A stretch of 64,000 bases of DNA. It comes from Chlorokybus atmophyticus. Its lineage: Eukaryota; Plantae; Mesostigma and Chlorokybus algae. Shown in pieces: positions 46,541 to 59,446 of this stretch; position 1 is the stretch's first letter, and each line of letters begins with the position of its first letter. The stretch is taken from NCBI GenBank assembly GCA_009103225.1, contig RHPI01002048.1, forward strand, positions 881,036 to 945,035, written 5' to 3'. Under the pieces are notes generated by a model, which was given only the letters and a program-made list of their open reading frames with translations, ran no database searches and was not told the origin of the DNA. Position numbers and translations under genes: made by a program.

Positions 46541-49500
46541 AAGGCAGGCTGTGGCTGACCTCATGAACAAAAACAAGAAACTGGTCGGGATTTTCCGTTT
46601 CAGCCCATCCAAATGGCCACGAACAGTTTCTACCTCTAGACCTATATGTGCACTCAGACGCACAGCTTTGGTAAATGAACACCATACACCGGAACACCAG
46701 CTACAACCTGTGCAAGCGCTTGCACATTCAACCATAATCAAACCATCTGATACGTGCATGCATGGGAGTTGATAAGTATATATAGAATTTGAAAATTTGC
46801 TTAATGCACATGTGTTTTTGATCATTATCAATTATAATGTAATATGGTTAATATACATATCGTTCGAAGCCGCACATGCATAATAACTTGTGTTGATTAT
46901 TATAAAACGATCTTGTTAACGTTATGCATGTAACTTTAAATGATTTACAAGGCGCAATCATAATGTCATGTGATAATATGCATCTCATAGCTTGACGTCG
47001 TAGTAAGTTGAATTGTGATTGTCGAAAGTTATATACCAAAAGCCGACAGTATTTGTTATATGATTATCAATGCGGGCATTTTTAATATTGTTATTGTAGC
47101 ATGTGGCATGTGACATATGTTGCATGTGCGACATTGTACAATATATACTTCAAATCAAAATGAATGACGGCATCTTAAGCTTTTGCAAACATAATCAGCC
47201 TTAACCAGTTTGGTTTACGTTGCCTCCAATTAATTATACCATACTGATTGCCAACGATGAACGCAGTTGCGGTGAATATTGTCATTTATTTGGCTCACAC
47301 TATAAGCGAGCACTAAATAAACAAATGTTGCTACGTTAAACGTGTTGTGCAACATGTTGCAGCATAATGCCTTCATCGCCAGCATCAAAGGTTTATCTAA
47401 TTGTCAAGATGCGCATGGTCCACATGCGGCTAACCTATGGCTAGCAACCGATGGCATGAAAATCATCTGCTTTTCGGGCGCTTGGTCGTTTATCAAGATC
47501 ATGGAAGCAGCAAGCTTGCCCCCAACTCATTCTCTATGCGCCCATTATTTGATTGTTTTTTTGCCTATTGCATGTAAGATAACAAAATTTATAAGCAACA
47601 GTTAATGCGTAAACTCTTGAAGCTGACCTTTTTATGTGCAACGCAAGTTTTGCGCATGTAGTTGGTGCACATTATAATAACATGCATGCAGTAAACGCCA
47701 CAGTTGCAATTAAAGCCTCCATGTCGCAAAATCTTGGGGTACATTTCCTGCCTAATGGCCCAGGCATCAAATAGTGCTTCAAACTTGCTTAGCATATGCG
47801 CAAAACGATGGACATTGCAACAAAAACGACTTGTCCCCTTGCGTAGAATACTATTCGCCCTGACTTGTATACTATTCATTGCACAAAGACATAGTAATGT
47901 GTATGGTGATTGCAGTAATGCAAGATACATGGAGCACATTCGTGGCAATACACTGCAGAGCACATCATGTGTTAATACTTTGCAATCATTGTACAATAAC
48001 TTGCATTGCCTGAACGCACAATTTACACTTGGTTATCCAATGAAAACTGCTGCAACATTATCTCCAAGGTGATCAAGTTCCTGCAGTACTTTTGTAAATG
48101 GCCTAAGCATTAAATAATGGTTAAAACTCGCTCAACATTTGTGAAATACACTTGATAGTGCAATAATCAAGAAAATTTCCCTGCTATTATAAAAGTTTTA
48201 TAATTGAAGGATACTATCATATGATAAAGATTGCAGCTACTCACATGCTGACAGCAATGAGTGGTATATAAATAAAGCATGCTTCCCACAAGGTATAAGC
48301 AAGAATACTTTACAATCTCCATCAAACAATTTTTTGCCTTCAGCGCTTGATTATCATGTAACATGTATCCTTTAAAGAATTTTACGAAGCATTTGCGCAA
48401 GTGAAGAGTGACAACTTGTTATTGACTAACAAATCACATTCAATAAATATTGTTCTGTTCCTTGATTGCGTATGCTGCACAACACTAAGCCATATCAGAA
48501 TAGTTGGCATAGCTCTTATACTACGTATAAAATTTAACGGTGCACATCTCGTATATGTAACTGTACTTCATTATGTCGCTGCATTGCTACATTGCGTGAA
48601 CAATATATATCGCGCCATGACCCTTTAACATGGACAACAAGTGCTTTTTATCTCTGTTGCGATTATAAATGTATTTAGAGAGGTAAATGTAATTGAAGTG
48701 CAAGAAGTGCAACTTTACTACAATTGGATTAAGGAGCGCCCTTGCATGCATTTTTGTAGGATGCTGTATAAGTGGCGTTAGACATTAAGGAAAATGGAAA
48801 TGAGGAGTTGCAGTGCGTGTGGTTGTTGTACAAAAGCAATTGTCGTTCACAATGGGTGTGGCGTGAAATGATTGTAATTGTGACTCGCTGCCATATGTTG
48901 ACGCAATAAGATGTGATGGCAACTGCTGACGTTCTATTGCATTAATTACTTAATGCTTATTGTGAAGTTAAGATATTATAATCATGACTTTAATCGCATA
49001 TGCATTGTGCACCAAGTGCGTGACGTTATAGCGCGAAACCTGTAAGCACGCACGCATGTAAAACTATATGCAAGTTTGATTAGCTTATCATGCTGCGGCG
49101 AGGTACACCGTGTCACATAACATGTGATTGTTTATGGAATGTACAAATGAGTGTTTAAGTCTACAATATAACACTATCAGTGCTGTATGTGAGCTTGCAT
49201 ATTAATTCCACTCAAGTAAATGTTATAGTCAATCACAACGCTGACAGCAGCCATGCACAGGTTCCAACGTGAAGCATTACATATACACAATCACAATTAA
49301 TGACACTGCAGCACTACTCTGTTCCATCCAATTGCCCAGCTCTATTGCGATCCATAGCGCTAATTGAACCTCCGCCGGTCAAGCTAACCGCAGCCCCCAG
49401 TCTCTGGCCGGCCTGGTAAGTGGTCGCGGTTAGCTTTGCCGGTTGGACGTGAACGCGAAAGCCAGGGTTGCGCAGTTTTACGCGGTGTTCGTGGTTCGTT

Positions 49501-49744
49501 GAGTGGGCAGCGAGGGACCCCATGCATGCATGGTCCGGCCCGGGCCGTCCGGGGCATCAGCACCCCGGAGAGATCGAGCCAGCCTGGCGACAGAGATCAT
49601 AGGTGCGAATCGGTTAGGGTCAGTGTCGCCGTTACGCATCACGCTCAGACACAACAGCGTGACGCAGTAGTTAGTGGCAAGCCCAGCCGGCGGCGGCGGT
49701 GGCCGCGGCGGCGGTGCCGTGGGAAATTGCTCAGCACACACAAC

Positions 49745-52700
49745 ATGGCTGAGCTCTTCTTGCTGCGCAACGACTTGATCCAGGTAAGAGCAAGCGAAAC
49801 ATTGGTGGGTGAAACCACGGCACCACGGCGCGGCGCGGCGCGTCGTCAATGTATTTGCCTGTGCTCATGCGTTGGCACGTACCATGCTGGGCGTACTGTG
49901 TAATGATCATCATGTCACTCAATTGATAGGTGAGCACGACCTCCCACCACACGCTGAGAGTGCTGCCAGTGGGGAAGAACGTGCAGCAGAAGGTAAGAGT
50001 TGAGGTTGAGCAGGCAGTCCAGCCCACGCTTCTTGTCAATGCATACATGTACGGGCACGCACGCACGCACGCAGACACACGCGCGCGCACATACCGACTT
50101 GTATGCATTCCAGGTGGTTGTGGGCGATGACTCCGGCGTGGTGCAGGCGTTCAGCATCAAGAAAGGCGAGCTTGTCACAGCATTCAAAACCATCCCCACA
50201 GGCCAGCCGGTCACACGGTACGAGCGCTGTTTATTGTTAACGTGCACATAGCTGTTGTCAGCCGCGCACGGACGTGCACACGCACACAGGCACACACACG
50301 TGCGCACACAAACATGCGCGCACACAGACGCATGTGAACACGCACGCAGACGCACATATACGCACTTGTGCACACTTGCGCGTGCGCGCACATGTATATG
50401 CGCACCTGCCTGTTCATATGCACATGTTGCAATCGCACATGCACACATGCGCACATGCCCTTATGGCTGCAGAATCGTGTTGGGAAGCGGGCTGGCGCAG
50501 GGAGACAAGATTTTTGTTGCTAGCGGTCAGGCCATACGCGGCCTCGCAAAGAAGGTGTGTTCGGTGATGAGGAAGTCCATGTTGTGTGATGTGAGCAGAA
50601 GCCAGTGATGCAACATCAACATCTCTGCAGGGCAAAGAGTTCTTTCGCTTCGACACAAACCTCACAGAAACGATCAACTCGATTTACGTCCAAGAGGTGG
50701 GCGCATTGATGTATAACATTTTCAGTTCTCAACACACTTGTTGACAAGGCAGTGGTGCACACTGAGCAAGCTTGTTGCTGTTGCGCGTATGGTCTGCAAC
50801 AGTTTTCGTCATACACCTTTGTTGGGTGCAGCTGGCTGTGCTGACAGGCGGAGAGTACATCTACAACTACTTCCAAGACTGCAAGTAAGTGGTACTGACG
50901 TTGTATCATCACACTATGAGTAGCCAACGTTACTATGACATGTCATATTGCCATATGCATACTTCAGGGACATTAACTTCTATCTGGCGCACGACCGCAT
51001 TAACGACATGACGGCCGTGAGCATAGGCAAAGACGGCCAACTCAACCCCGTGCTTGCATGCCAGGACAGGTTGGTATGACACAACTTTCACACACATTCA
51101 CACTCGCATGCACACGCACACGCGCATGCACGCACGCGCGCGCGCACGCACACGCGGTGTTCCTTCTCCTCGACAGGTATGTGAGAGTGCTTCAGGGGTC
51201 GAATTTGTACTATGAAGCGGCCGTCGGGGGCCCCATCACATGTGTGGAAAAGTATGCCACAAGATCCGCCGACATCTGCACCACGAGGGATGTTATATAC
51301 GGCACTCAGAATGGCGAGTTGGGCCTGTTGACAATGGAGCCGGACTCGATACGCAGAGGCTGGGTGATATCCGCTACGGATCCTTCGTCGGGAGGTGTTT
51401 CGTGCATATGCACAAGAGTGGATCTCACCAAAGATGGCGCGAACAGCATCGTTGTTGGGCGTGATAACGGAGATATCGAGGTGTACTCTGTCACCAACGG
51501 CGAATCCAGGCTCAGAGTGAAGAAGAATATCGGGGAATCCGTGCTCTCTATCGACTGCGGGTGCATATCCACCCCCGGCGCGGACGATATTGTCGTGTTG
51601 GCCTTCTCGGGAAAAGTGATAGCCTTCTCGTGCAGCGCGGACGGGGCCACAGCCACGGCGAACCAACAAGCAGAGAAGAAACTGAAGGTAACGCTATTAA
51701 GTTGCTCGCGTAGGTTGATGACAGTTTCATGACAACACTGTCTTGTCCAGGCGATGAAGAAGGATCTCGACGCATTGCAAGAGAGGCTGGTTCAGGAGAA
51801 AGAGCGTTTGTTGGCAAAGCCGCAAGCGGAGGTCGGCTTGGCGGCAATGCCGGCTGCATCGCGAGAGGCCGGGTTGAAAGCCACACTCAAGTCCAGCTTC
51901 AGCCCCGCGGACATGGCGTACACGCTGAGTGTGGAGACGCAGATGCCGATCGGTTCTATCGCAGTGCAGTGCGATATCGAGGTGGAGCTGCTCAATGGCG
52001 CTGGCAACAGCGGTATCATGATTACCAGATGCCCTCCGGACAAAAAGAGCGGCTGCGCGACTCTTGCTATATGCCACACTCAGGTAGGGTGCTGGTACTG
52101 TATAAGCACGCATGGCATACAAGCGTGTGCAAACGCATGCAAGTGAGCGCACGTGTCCCCATGCCCATGCAAGAAAGCACGCACAGGCACAAGAGTAAGC
52201 ACACTCACACCGACGCGCACACGCACACAGGCGCCCTTGCATAGGACGGCGCGTGGAAATGCAGATGCTCGTGCATATGCATGTGGTCATGCATGCACAC
52301 GTACACACGCACGTACCGCTTGCACACGAACTGAAGCATGCACTCGAGCGTGCGCTTACTCCTTGTCCACCACAGGAGCCCACCAACCGCATGTCGGTAT
52401 CCTTCAAAGCCGCAGAGGGCCAGTCGGCCACCATGTCGATATATCCAATCCCGCGGGTGTCTCCGAGGACGTGCGCGCCCGTGCACTTTCACCTCCGCCC
52501 GCTGTGTCTCCATCAGCGCGTGACAGAGCTCCCGCAGCCTCAGCCTCGGCCGATGAGTGAGCTGCGCATCACCGGCGCGTTCTCTCACAGCGAGATGCAC
52601 GCCTGGATAGCCAACTGCTTGCCGGACATACCCGGGAGAGCGCCCGCGGACGACAGCTCGGAGTACATGTTCGTGTCGACCATGCTTGGCACGGCCCTGA

Positions 52701-53594
52701 TTTGCCAAAACAGGTGCGATCAATAAACCACTGTTACAAGCACACGCACGCACATGCTCACAGATAGTACATGCGTACATGTCATACAATGATGAAAGGG
52801 CATTGTGTGCGTGGTGGAGGCAGAAGCTTACCAGCATGCCCAATCACACTATACACAGATTCAATTCATTGCAGGCAGGGGAGTGCGGTGTTCAAGTCGG
52901 AGAATGTCACCACACTGGCAGTGGTGAAGGAAATCATCACGAAAGAAGCGGATGCACGCAAAGTGCGCATTAACGCCACTGTCACGGTCGACGACAACAC
53001 CTTGGCATGTGCAGTTGATCTACTCGACAAGACGCTGTCACAACAAAGTCTGTTCAAGCAACAGGTGAACAGCCTACTAATGTTGCTTGTTTCAACAAAG
53101 TCTGTTCAAGCAAGTCCCTTCAACAAAACCCTGTATCTGTGTGTGCGTGCATGGCATACACGCGCGCGCATGCCACATACACGCGCGTGCGCATGCGTGC
53201 GCCCACGCACCCACCCACTTACATCCACAAACAGGTGCAGCTGTTGGAGGCTCTGCAGGAAGTTAAGATGCAGGAGGAAGACATGTCTTACTTCGCACCA
53301 GAGTATTTGGACATCCTCAAAGGCGCAGACACAATCCGGCATGGCTACTCGCCTCAGAAGCTGCAATCTGTCCACGACATCGTCAAGACCCTCTTCGTGG
53401 ATTGGCACAAGTTCAAGGGCCTCAATGTCCGCAGCAAGCTGCCTCAGGTAGGAACCAATACGTCATCATGTGTGAGTTTCTGATTACATAGTCTAGATCA
53501 GCTGAGATGTGGACGCGTGGGCTGGCAGCTGGAACATATTCTCAGCATCTACAGCAAGGACTTGCTATCGCACTTCATGGAGCATGCATCTTGA
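49745..53594 (+). CDS. BBS7: Bardet-Biedl syndrome 7 protein (BBSome subunit), multi-exon
   Basis: MAELFLLRNDLIQ/VSTTSHHTLRVLP...QQK/VVVGDDSGVVQAFSIKKGE; GKEFFRFDTNLTETI; PVLACQDR/YVRVLQGS; C-terminal ...IVKTLFVDWHKFKGLNVRSKLPQ/LEHIL...HFMEHAS*. GT-AG introns. Confidence 0.92.
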
Positions 53595-55123
53595 CACATG
53601 GCGGATGCGAGATGCAGCTTTCAATCAGCAAAGTCTTCTTCAGCCATTGAGAAGTGTCTTTGAAAGACTTGACAAACTCTATGCGCCATTCCTCAGCGTC
53701 ACCATCCCCGACTCCACTTGCGCCATCAAAGGAGTGTCGAGGGGGTCGTCGCGAACACCATATCGAAACATCACCTGGACGGCGGGCACGCACTCAAGTG
53801 TCCATGGCCGCAATGTCACATGAAGGCGAGTAGTAGAGCGACGCAAGCACACAACCACAACCTCACCTTCAAGAAGCTGTCGGCGTTGTTGCATGCGCAA
53901 TACGATGTTGACGGCAGCGGGCTTGCCATCATCGTCCAAGACCAGACCCGTGTAGCCAACCTCAAACCCCAGCAGAGACCACCTGGGCCTGATGCATCCG
54001 TGTGCTACAGTGGTTGCACACAGATTACCTTGCACTTGCTTCTTCGTTGTGCACCAGGACGATACAGATGTGTGTGCTGGTGATATACTGCTGTTCATGG
54101 TGACCTGCATGACATAGGTTGCATGATCGTGACATGCCCGTTGGGAACAGCCATGCACAGTGTGGCCAAATGACTGCAGCCCTACTTTACGCGTTGTGAC
54201 ACTCCCAAATGCCTGTGCTACTCAAGCGCTCCTCAAGCAACAGGTGGACCAAAACATGCTGGCGGAGCAGCATATGGCACAAGCGGCGTGAAGGATGGCG
54301 TGGGGGCCAAGCACATCAGGCGTCCTGTCCGTCCAGTCCGTCATGCCATGGCTGATGCTGCTCAAGTCCCTGCCCAACCTCTGCACCCTCTCCCTCTTCC
54401 TACCCCTACGCTCTGCGGTGGTTCTCCCCTTCTTTTGCTGGCTTGCTGTCTGCTCAGTTCCTCTCCCCACTCCCCTGTCTGTTACATGCATGTCGTAGCA
54501 TGTGTCGTAGCTGAGATAGCTGGGTTGATAGCGCTACATTGGCCCCCACTATAATCTGCTGCATTTGCTGTGTGCTTTGTGCTCGGTGTGCTATACATGG
54601 GCCACTTATGCGTGAGGTGCTTCTTTGCAACTCTTATGTTCTCTATGTAGTATAGACGAAAATTTATACAAGATGATAGGCTGTGTTGATGAACAACTTC
54701 AACGGAAACCACACATAGTGATGCGGTGCCTGCTGGACAATGCTTCCTTTGAGGAATTAACATGATACCGAACACAATGATGATGGCATACTGAAACCTG
54801 TAGCGGGCGCTTGCATGCTTATGTTCCATTGTTATTACATATATAATCATACGATAACAGTAAAACATTGTTATCGTTATAACATTGACATTAACATTAC
54901 AACACTGCGCAATTGGTTCACTGAGGTTGACGTGATCACCATCCGTGGTGTAAGCCCGGAGACTGAAGGTGCAAGCCTCATTGTACACGAACAAGTAGCA
55001 GAAAGGTGTGCAAGTATAGCAGCAGAGGCACACAAGACCGCCGTGGTTACTCTGACACATGTAAGCAAGCAGGATAGCAACAGCAACAGCACAGGCAATG
55101 GGCTGGCCCGGGCCCCTAAGCAC
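53575..55123 (-). CDS. Uncharacterised spliced gene (start uncertain, possible hydrophobic segments)
   Basis: Splice-flanked coding-like pieces SISHGMTDWTDRTPDVLGPHAILHAAC, GYTGLVLDDDGKPAAVNIVLRMQQRRQLLE/GDVSIWCSRRPP...EEWRIEFVKSF. No family recognised. Confidence 0.45.
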
Positions 55124-55522
55124 TGAACAGTTGCAAATAACGCAAATTCGGGGTAACAGGCAAAAAGGCAGGCAGGGGAGGAGATAGGCAGGCAGGCGCT
55201 GGCAGCGGTGTTAATAGCTCGCATGCCTGAGACACAACTGTATGGCTAGCACGCAGTACAGGATGCGTGTTAGTATCTGCACCATGGGACACCAAGGACT
55301 CAACAGCAGCTGTCTGTTGTAGACAAGTAGACAGCTGCTGTTGAGCCCTCAATGAGAGACATGCTTGGAAAGGAAGGAAATGGGACATTTACCAAGACGT
55401 GCGTATGCGTATGCGTTTTGGTGACAAGTGTCATGGACGTCCGTCAACTGCGCAGGCCAGCAACGCAGCGTAACCTACACGTGTTAAATGAAGCGAATGA
55501 CAGACGAGAGAGCTTGAGCTAC

Positions 55523-56763
55523 TCAATCCCCTGTCCATTCTGTATGCCACTGTCTGTTCTGCTCCGTCAGCTCTCTCAGCGGTGCTTCGATCCGGTCCGT
55601 GACGTGCTTGTATATCCACCTCGCTTCCGCCTCCACGCGCGCGGCCACGTCGCCATCGCTCCTCATCTCCAGCACAGACGCACCCGGCAATTCTGTCTGC
55701 TTCGGCCGCGCGATGCCCGCTTCGATGTGAGGGAGTCCGTCGGCAACAGCATCTCGGGCCATCAGCCTCAGCGCGCGCGTGTCGAGCACGAGAGGCTCAC
55801 CGACGGAGATGGACACGCGCTGGCCAATGCGAGGGATGCGCCAGGGCTTGGCACCCGTGGATGTCTCCGGCATGATCTGCACTTGACACGGCGTGAGACT
55901 CTGCGTGCGTATATGTGATACAGCAACCGCATGGCAAACGTACCTTCTCGAAGCCTGCGTGACTGAGTGGCAGCACGATGGGTGCGTGTGCGGTGGTGCG
56001 CGCTACGAGGGAGCCCACGCCCCACTTGATGCGCTGGAGGGGACCCGGCAGCGGAGACACGCGGCCCTCAACAAAGGTATGGACCTGCGAGGACACGCGT
56101 TGGACACCGGAGCGACGTGGCATGATGCGTGCATGTGCATGCGTGAGCGTTGAGATTTATTGTACCGACCCACTCGCCTCTGTCGAGCTTCTCCACGGCT
56201 TCAACCATGCCTGGCTGATGAACGCCCGCGCCGCGCCTCACGGGAATGCACTTGCCTGGGGTCAATCGCCCCTGAAGCTTGTGCGTGCGTGCGTGCGTGC
56301 ATGCGTGCTGCTGCTGTGCTGCCTTGCACGGGCTAATGCTGCTGTATGTATTTCCATTCACTCGAGCAAGCGTGCATACGCATGCGTACCGAGGCGGAAG
56401 AATGTGGCGAAGAGGGGGTTTGTGAAGCAGATGTCTTCTGCGGCGAGCACCCAGCGCACGAGTCCCACGCGGAACCTCGGCATGCCCTTCAGCTGCCACA
56501 TCAGCGGGTCATCCAACCTGCACACACGCTGTTGAACCAGAGCTTGTCGTTACGCAGGTGGTTGTGAACCGAAAGGGATGCCACACTCACGTGGACATGT
56601 GGTTTGAGACGGTGAGTAGCGGCGTGTCGGGTGGCCTCGCGCGCACGAGGCGCAGGAGCGTGTCGAGGTTGCGCACGCGCACGGTGTTGAGCGCGCGCAG
56701 CCAGAATGCCCCCGCCGTCCCAACCAACCCCAACACCGCGGCCGACGCCGCGGATGGTGCCAT
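55523..56763 (-). CDS. TAZ: Tafazzin-like phospholipid acyltransferase
   Basis: PLLTVSNHMST/LDDPLMW (HX4D), RWVLAAEDICF, GKCIPVRRGAGVHQ, VHTFVEGRV, KWGVGSLV, PIVLPLSHAGFEK, PRIGQRVSISVGEP. Confidence 0.92.
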
Positions 56764-57208
56764 GACCACCACCTAGCTAGCGCTTCCCTCTCCTGCCATG
56801 CAACAGGGATGGGTGGAGTCACAGGTGGAGCTCTCATTGCGTGGCTTGGAAGCCAATGCATTTCGCTCGCGCGTTGATCATTCCACCGCACAAGCACAAG
56901 ACTGGACTGAGCTTGCTGGCTTGACCCACACGGGACAAGTGTCTGGCGGAGATGCTAACGGTATAGTACGAAAGGCAGGGAACACCACGGCATGTCATTG
57001 ACCCCTAAGGCTGGTAGACACTGCTCCCACGCCTCAAGCGCAACACACCACCCACCTGGTTTATGCAGTCTTCATCGTACCCCACAAAAGCCGCTGCCAC
57101 TGCACAGGCGGCACACACTCCGCCATATGCTCATAGCGCCACCTCCACGGGTCGTCTCCCTCGCCTTGTTCATCGCCGCCGCCGCCGCCGCATCAGCCGC
57201 AGTCCATC

Positions 57209-59276
57209 ATGTCGTCGTCGTTGGCGGCGTCAGCGACGGCGACGACCATCTGCTGGGTACCCTCGCCCGCGGCAGGGAGGACAAGGAGGCGACCGCCGCC
57301 GCAAACAGAAGCTGCCGTTGTGCGGAGGCGTCCAGCGCTGCTTCCAGCACCATCGCCCCTGTCCACGACCAGGACAGGGAGGTGTAGGGGTAGGGGGCGG
57401 TATGAGGGGAGCAGCAGGCCGGATGTGCAGGCGGCGGCGGAAGCGGCAGCGACGTCCTCGACGTCGTCTTCTTCATCATCACTGGAGGAGTTGAGGAGGA
57501 GGTTTCAGCTGGAGAAAGTACGCATCGGGGAGGCACGAGGAACAGAGGGCGCCGTCGTCGTCATCAAGCTGCTGGTCAGCCACAGCCACACGTGCATGCG
57601 AGATATGTATGCGTGGCATGCAAAGTGCGTGCGTTTTGAGTTGCATGCTTGTGCAAAGAGCCCACAACCAAAGTCAGCCGCTTCCTGTAATGACGCACAC
57701 GGTCGGTGTATGTGCTGAGGTTTACGCTGCTCCCAATTCGCAAACCCCCGCAAGTACCCTGATCATCCATGTTGTATATAGGTGTGAGAGTATGCGCACG
57801 CACCCATACACGTGCACACATCCAAACGCACACATGCACACGTACGCATGCACAAACGCGCACATGCTTTGTATGTGTGTGCACACGCCGGCGTTTGCAC
57901 ACATGTGCACACTTAAACTACCCCCCTTCCCCCCTACCACACACGCAGTGCATCAGGGTGCATGTTGTTTTGCATACAGCCAGTACAGCGCTTGCATATA
58001 TAGTGTGCTGCGGCAATCTAGACCCTGTGTGAGCCGCCAAACAGCACGGCATGTAGCAAACATGCATCGCGTCATTCATGCTCGCTGCCCGTGCATTCAA
58101 GCTGCTATACATGATGCGTAGCTGGAGACATGTGACGAGCTTGCGCATCGCACTCAGTCGGGTTTTGGGCCCCTCTCATCTCATCTCTGTCCTTTTGTAG
58201 GCAGCGGATGACGGAGAAGTGCGCATCGCGCTCGAACAAGGCCGAGCCCCTCGTATCACATCCCTCAAATCAAGGTACACGACGCTGCGACGCGCACACG
58301 CGTACATGCACGCACGTGCCTTGCGATGGGTGTGGACGCTTAAACCAGCTTCGAGCATGTGGCAGGCTGTACTACGGTGTTGTTGAGGAGCTGCTGAGCG
58401 TCTACCTCAACCCCCGCGACGGCAGGATAGAGGGCGGCATCGAGCTCTCATGCGCAGCTGCGTCGCCCGCAAGAGAACAACAACAGCAACACTGGCACAT
58501 CTTGTCTGCCGATGGCAACGAGCACATCGCACAGGTACGCGCATACACGTGCTCAAGTTCTCCTCCTTCAACACGTTTAGCACAGAGTCCATACGCAACA
58601 TCATTGCTAGGTGGTGTTTGAGTGTGAGGTTGGCGCGTTCGCGTACACGTACGGGTTGACTCTCCGCGCGGGCAAGCTGGTGTGCAGTCTTTCGTGCCGC
58701 CACACCGCTGCAGCGCTCCCCGTGGACGCCGCGGAGGATCTCCCCACTATGCGCGTGCGTCCCCACTGGCGCGTGAGCCACGCCATGTCCGTGTACGTGC
58801 AGGGGCTGCGGGGTCTGCGCTACCGCGACGACGCCACGGGACGACTCGCCACCAACACGCGCGCACGCGACGCCCTCGTGCCAGCACCAGGCATCCAACG
58901 CACCTACCTCGCACACGCAGAGAACAACGACACCACCACCACCACCACCACCACCACCAACAACAACACCAGCACCGTCGTGCTGTCGGATGAGGTGAGC
59001 AGCAATTACCCTGACCCTGTTCAGGCCGATGTTGTCATTAACTCCCAGGACAAGCTTGTATCTCTCCATCAGGGGCGGCGCATGTCGCTGATCTTGCAGT
59101 CGACCTTCGGGGAGGTGTTGTTGCATTCGCGGAGTCGAGACGGCGACGATGGCTTTGACGAAGCTGTGCCTCCCACCGTGTGCTTGGGTGCATCGGCGTC
59201 GAGCGCGTTCGCGCCGCTGCGCGTGGGAGCGGGGGAGACGTGGCAAGCGGAGTTTAGAGTGCAGTTAGACGAGTAA
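57209..59276 (+). CDS. Plastid-targeted galactose-mutarotase-like protein (G6P 1-epimerase / PnsB2-NDF5-like)
   Basis: Ser/Ala/Arg-rich transit peptide, LEELRRRF, EELL...IEGGIELS, HWRVSHAMSVYVQGLRGLRY, VCLGASA...APLRVGAGETWQAEFRV. Exon structure partly inferred. Confidence 0.65.
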
Positions 59277-59446
59277 TGACATGAGTTGGGTAGAGACAGT
59301 TAGCAATCTCTGCCACGTTGGCACAGTTTGTGTCCTGTGTTAATGCAAGCGCTCGCTCAGTCAGTTTGACAATATACAACGGTTGTTGATACACTGCACA
59401 CAGCCACTATAAACCAAGTATAATGTACAAGTCTATGCCTGTCAAT

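Noticed and set aside
47340-48400. Ulp1- or hAT-like motifs (CNCGVY, MIFMP, SACE)
   Set aside because: The motif order is wrong for either family and the matches are short enough to be chance.
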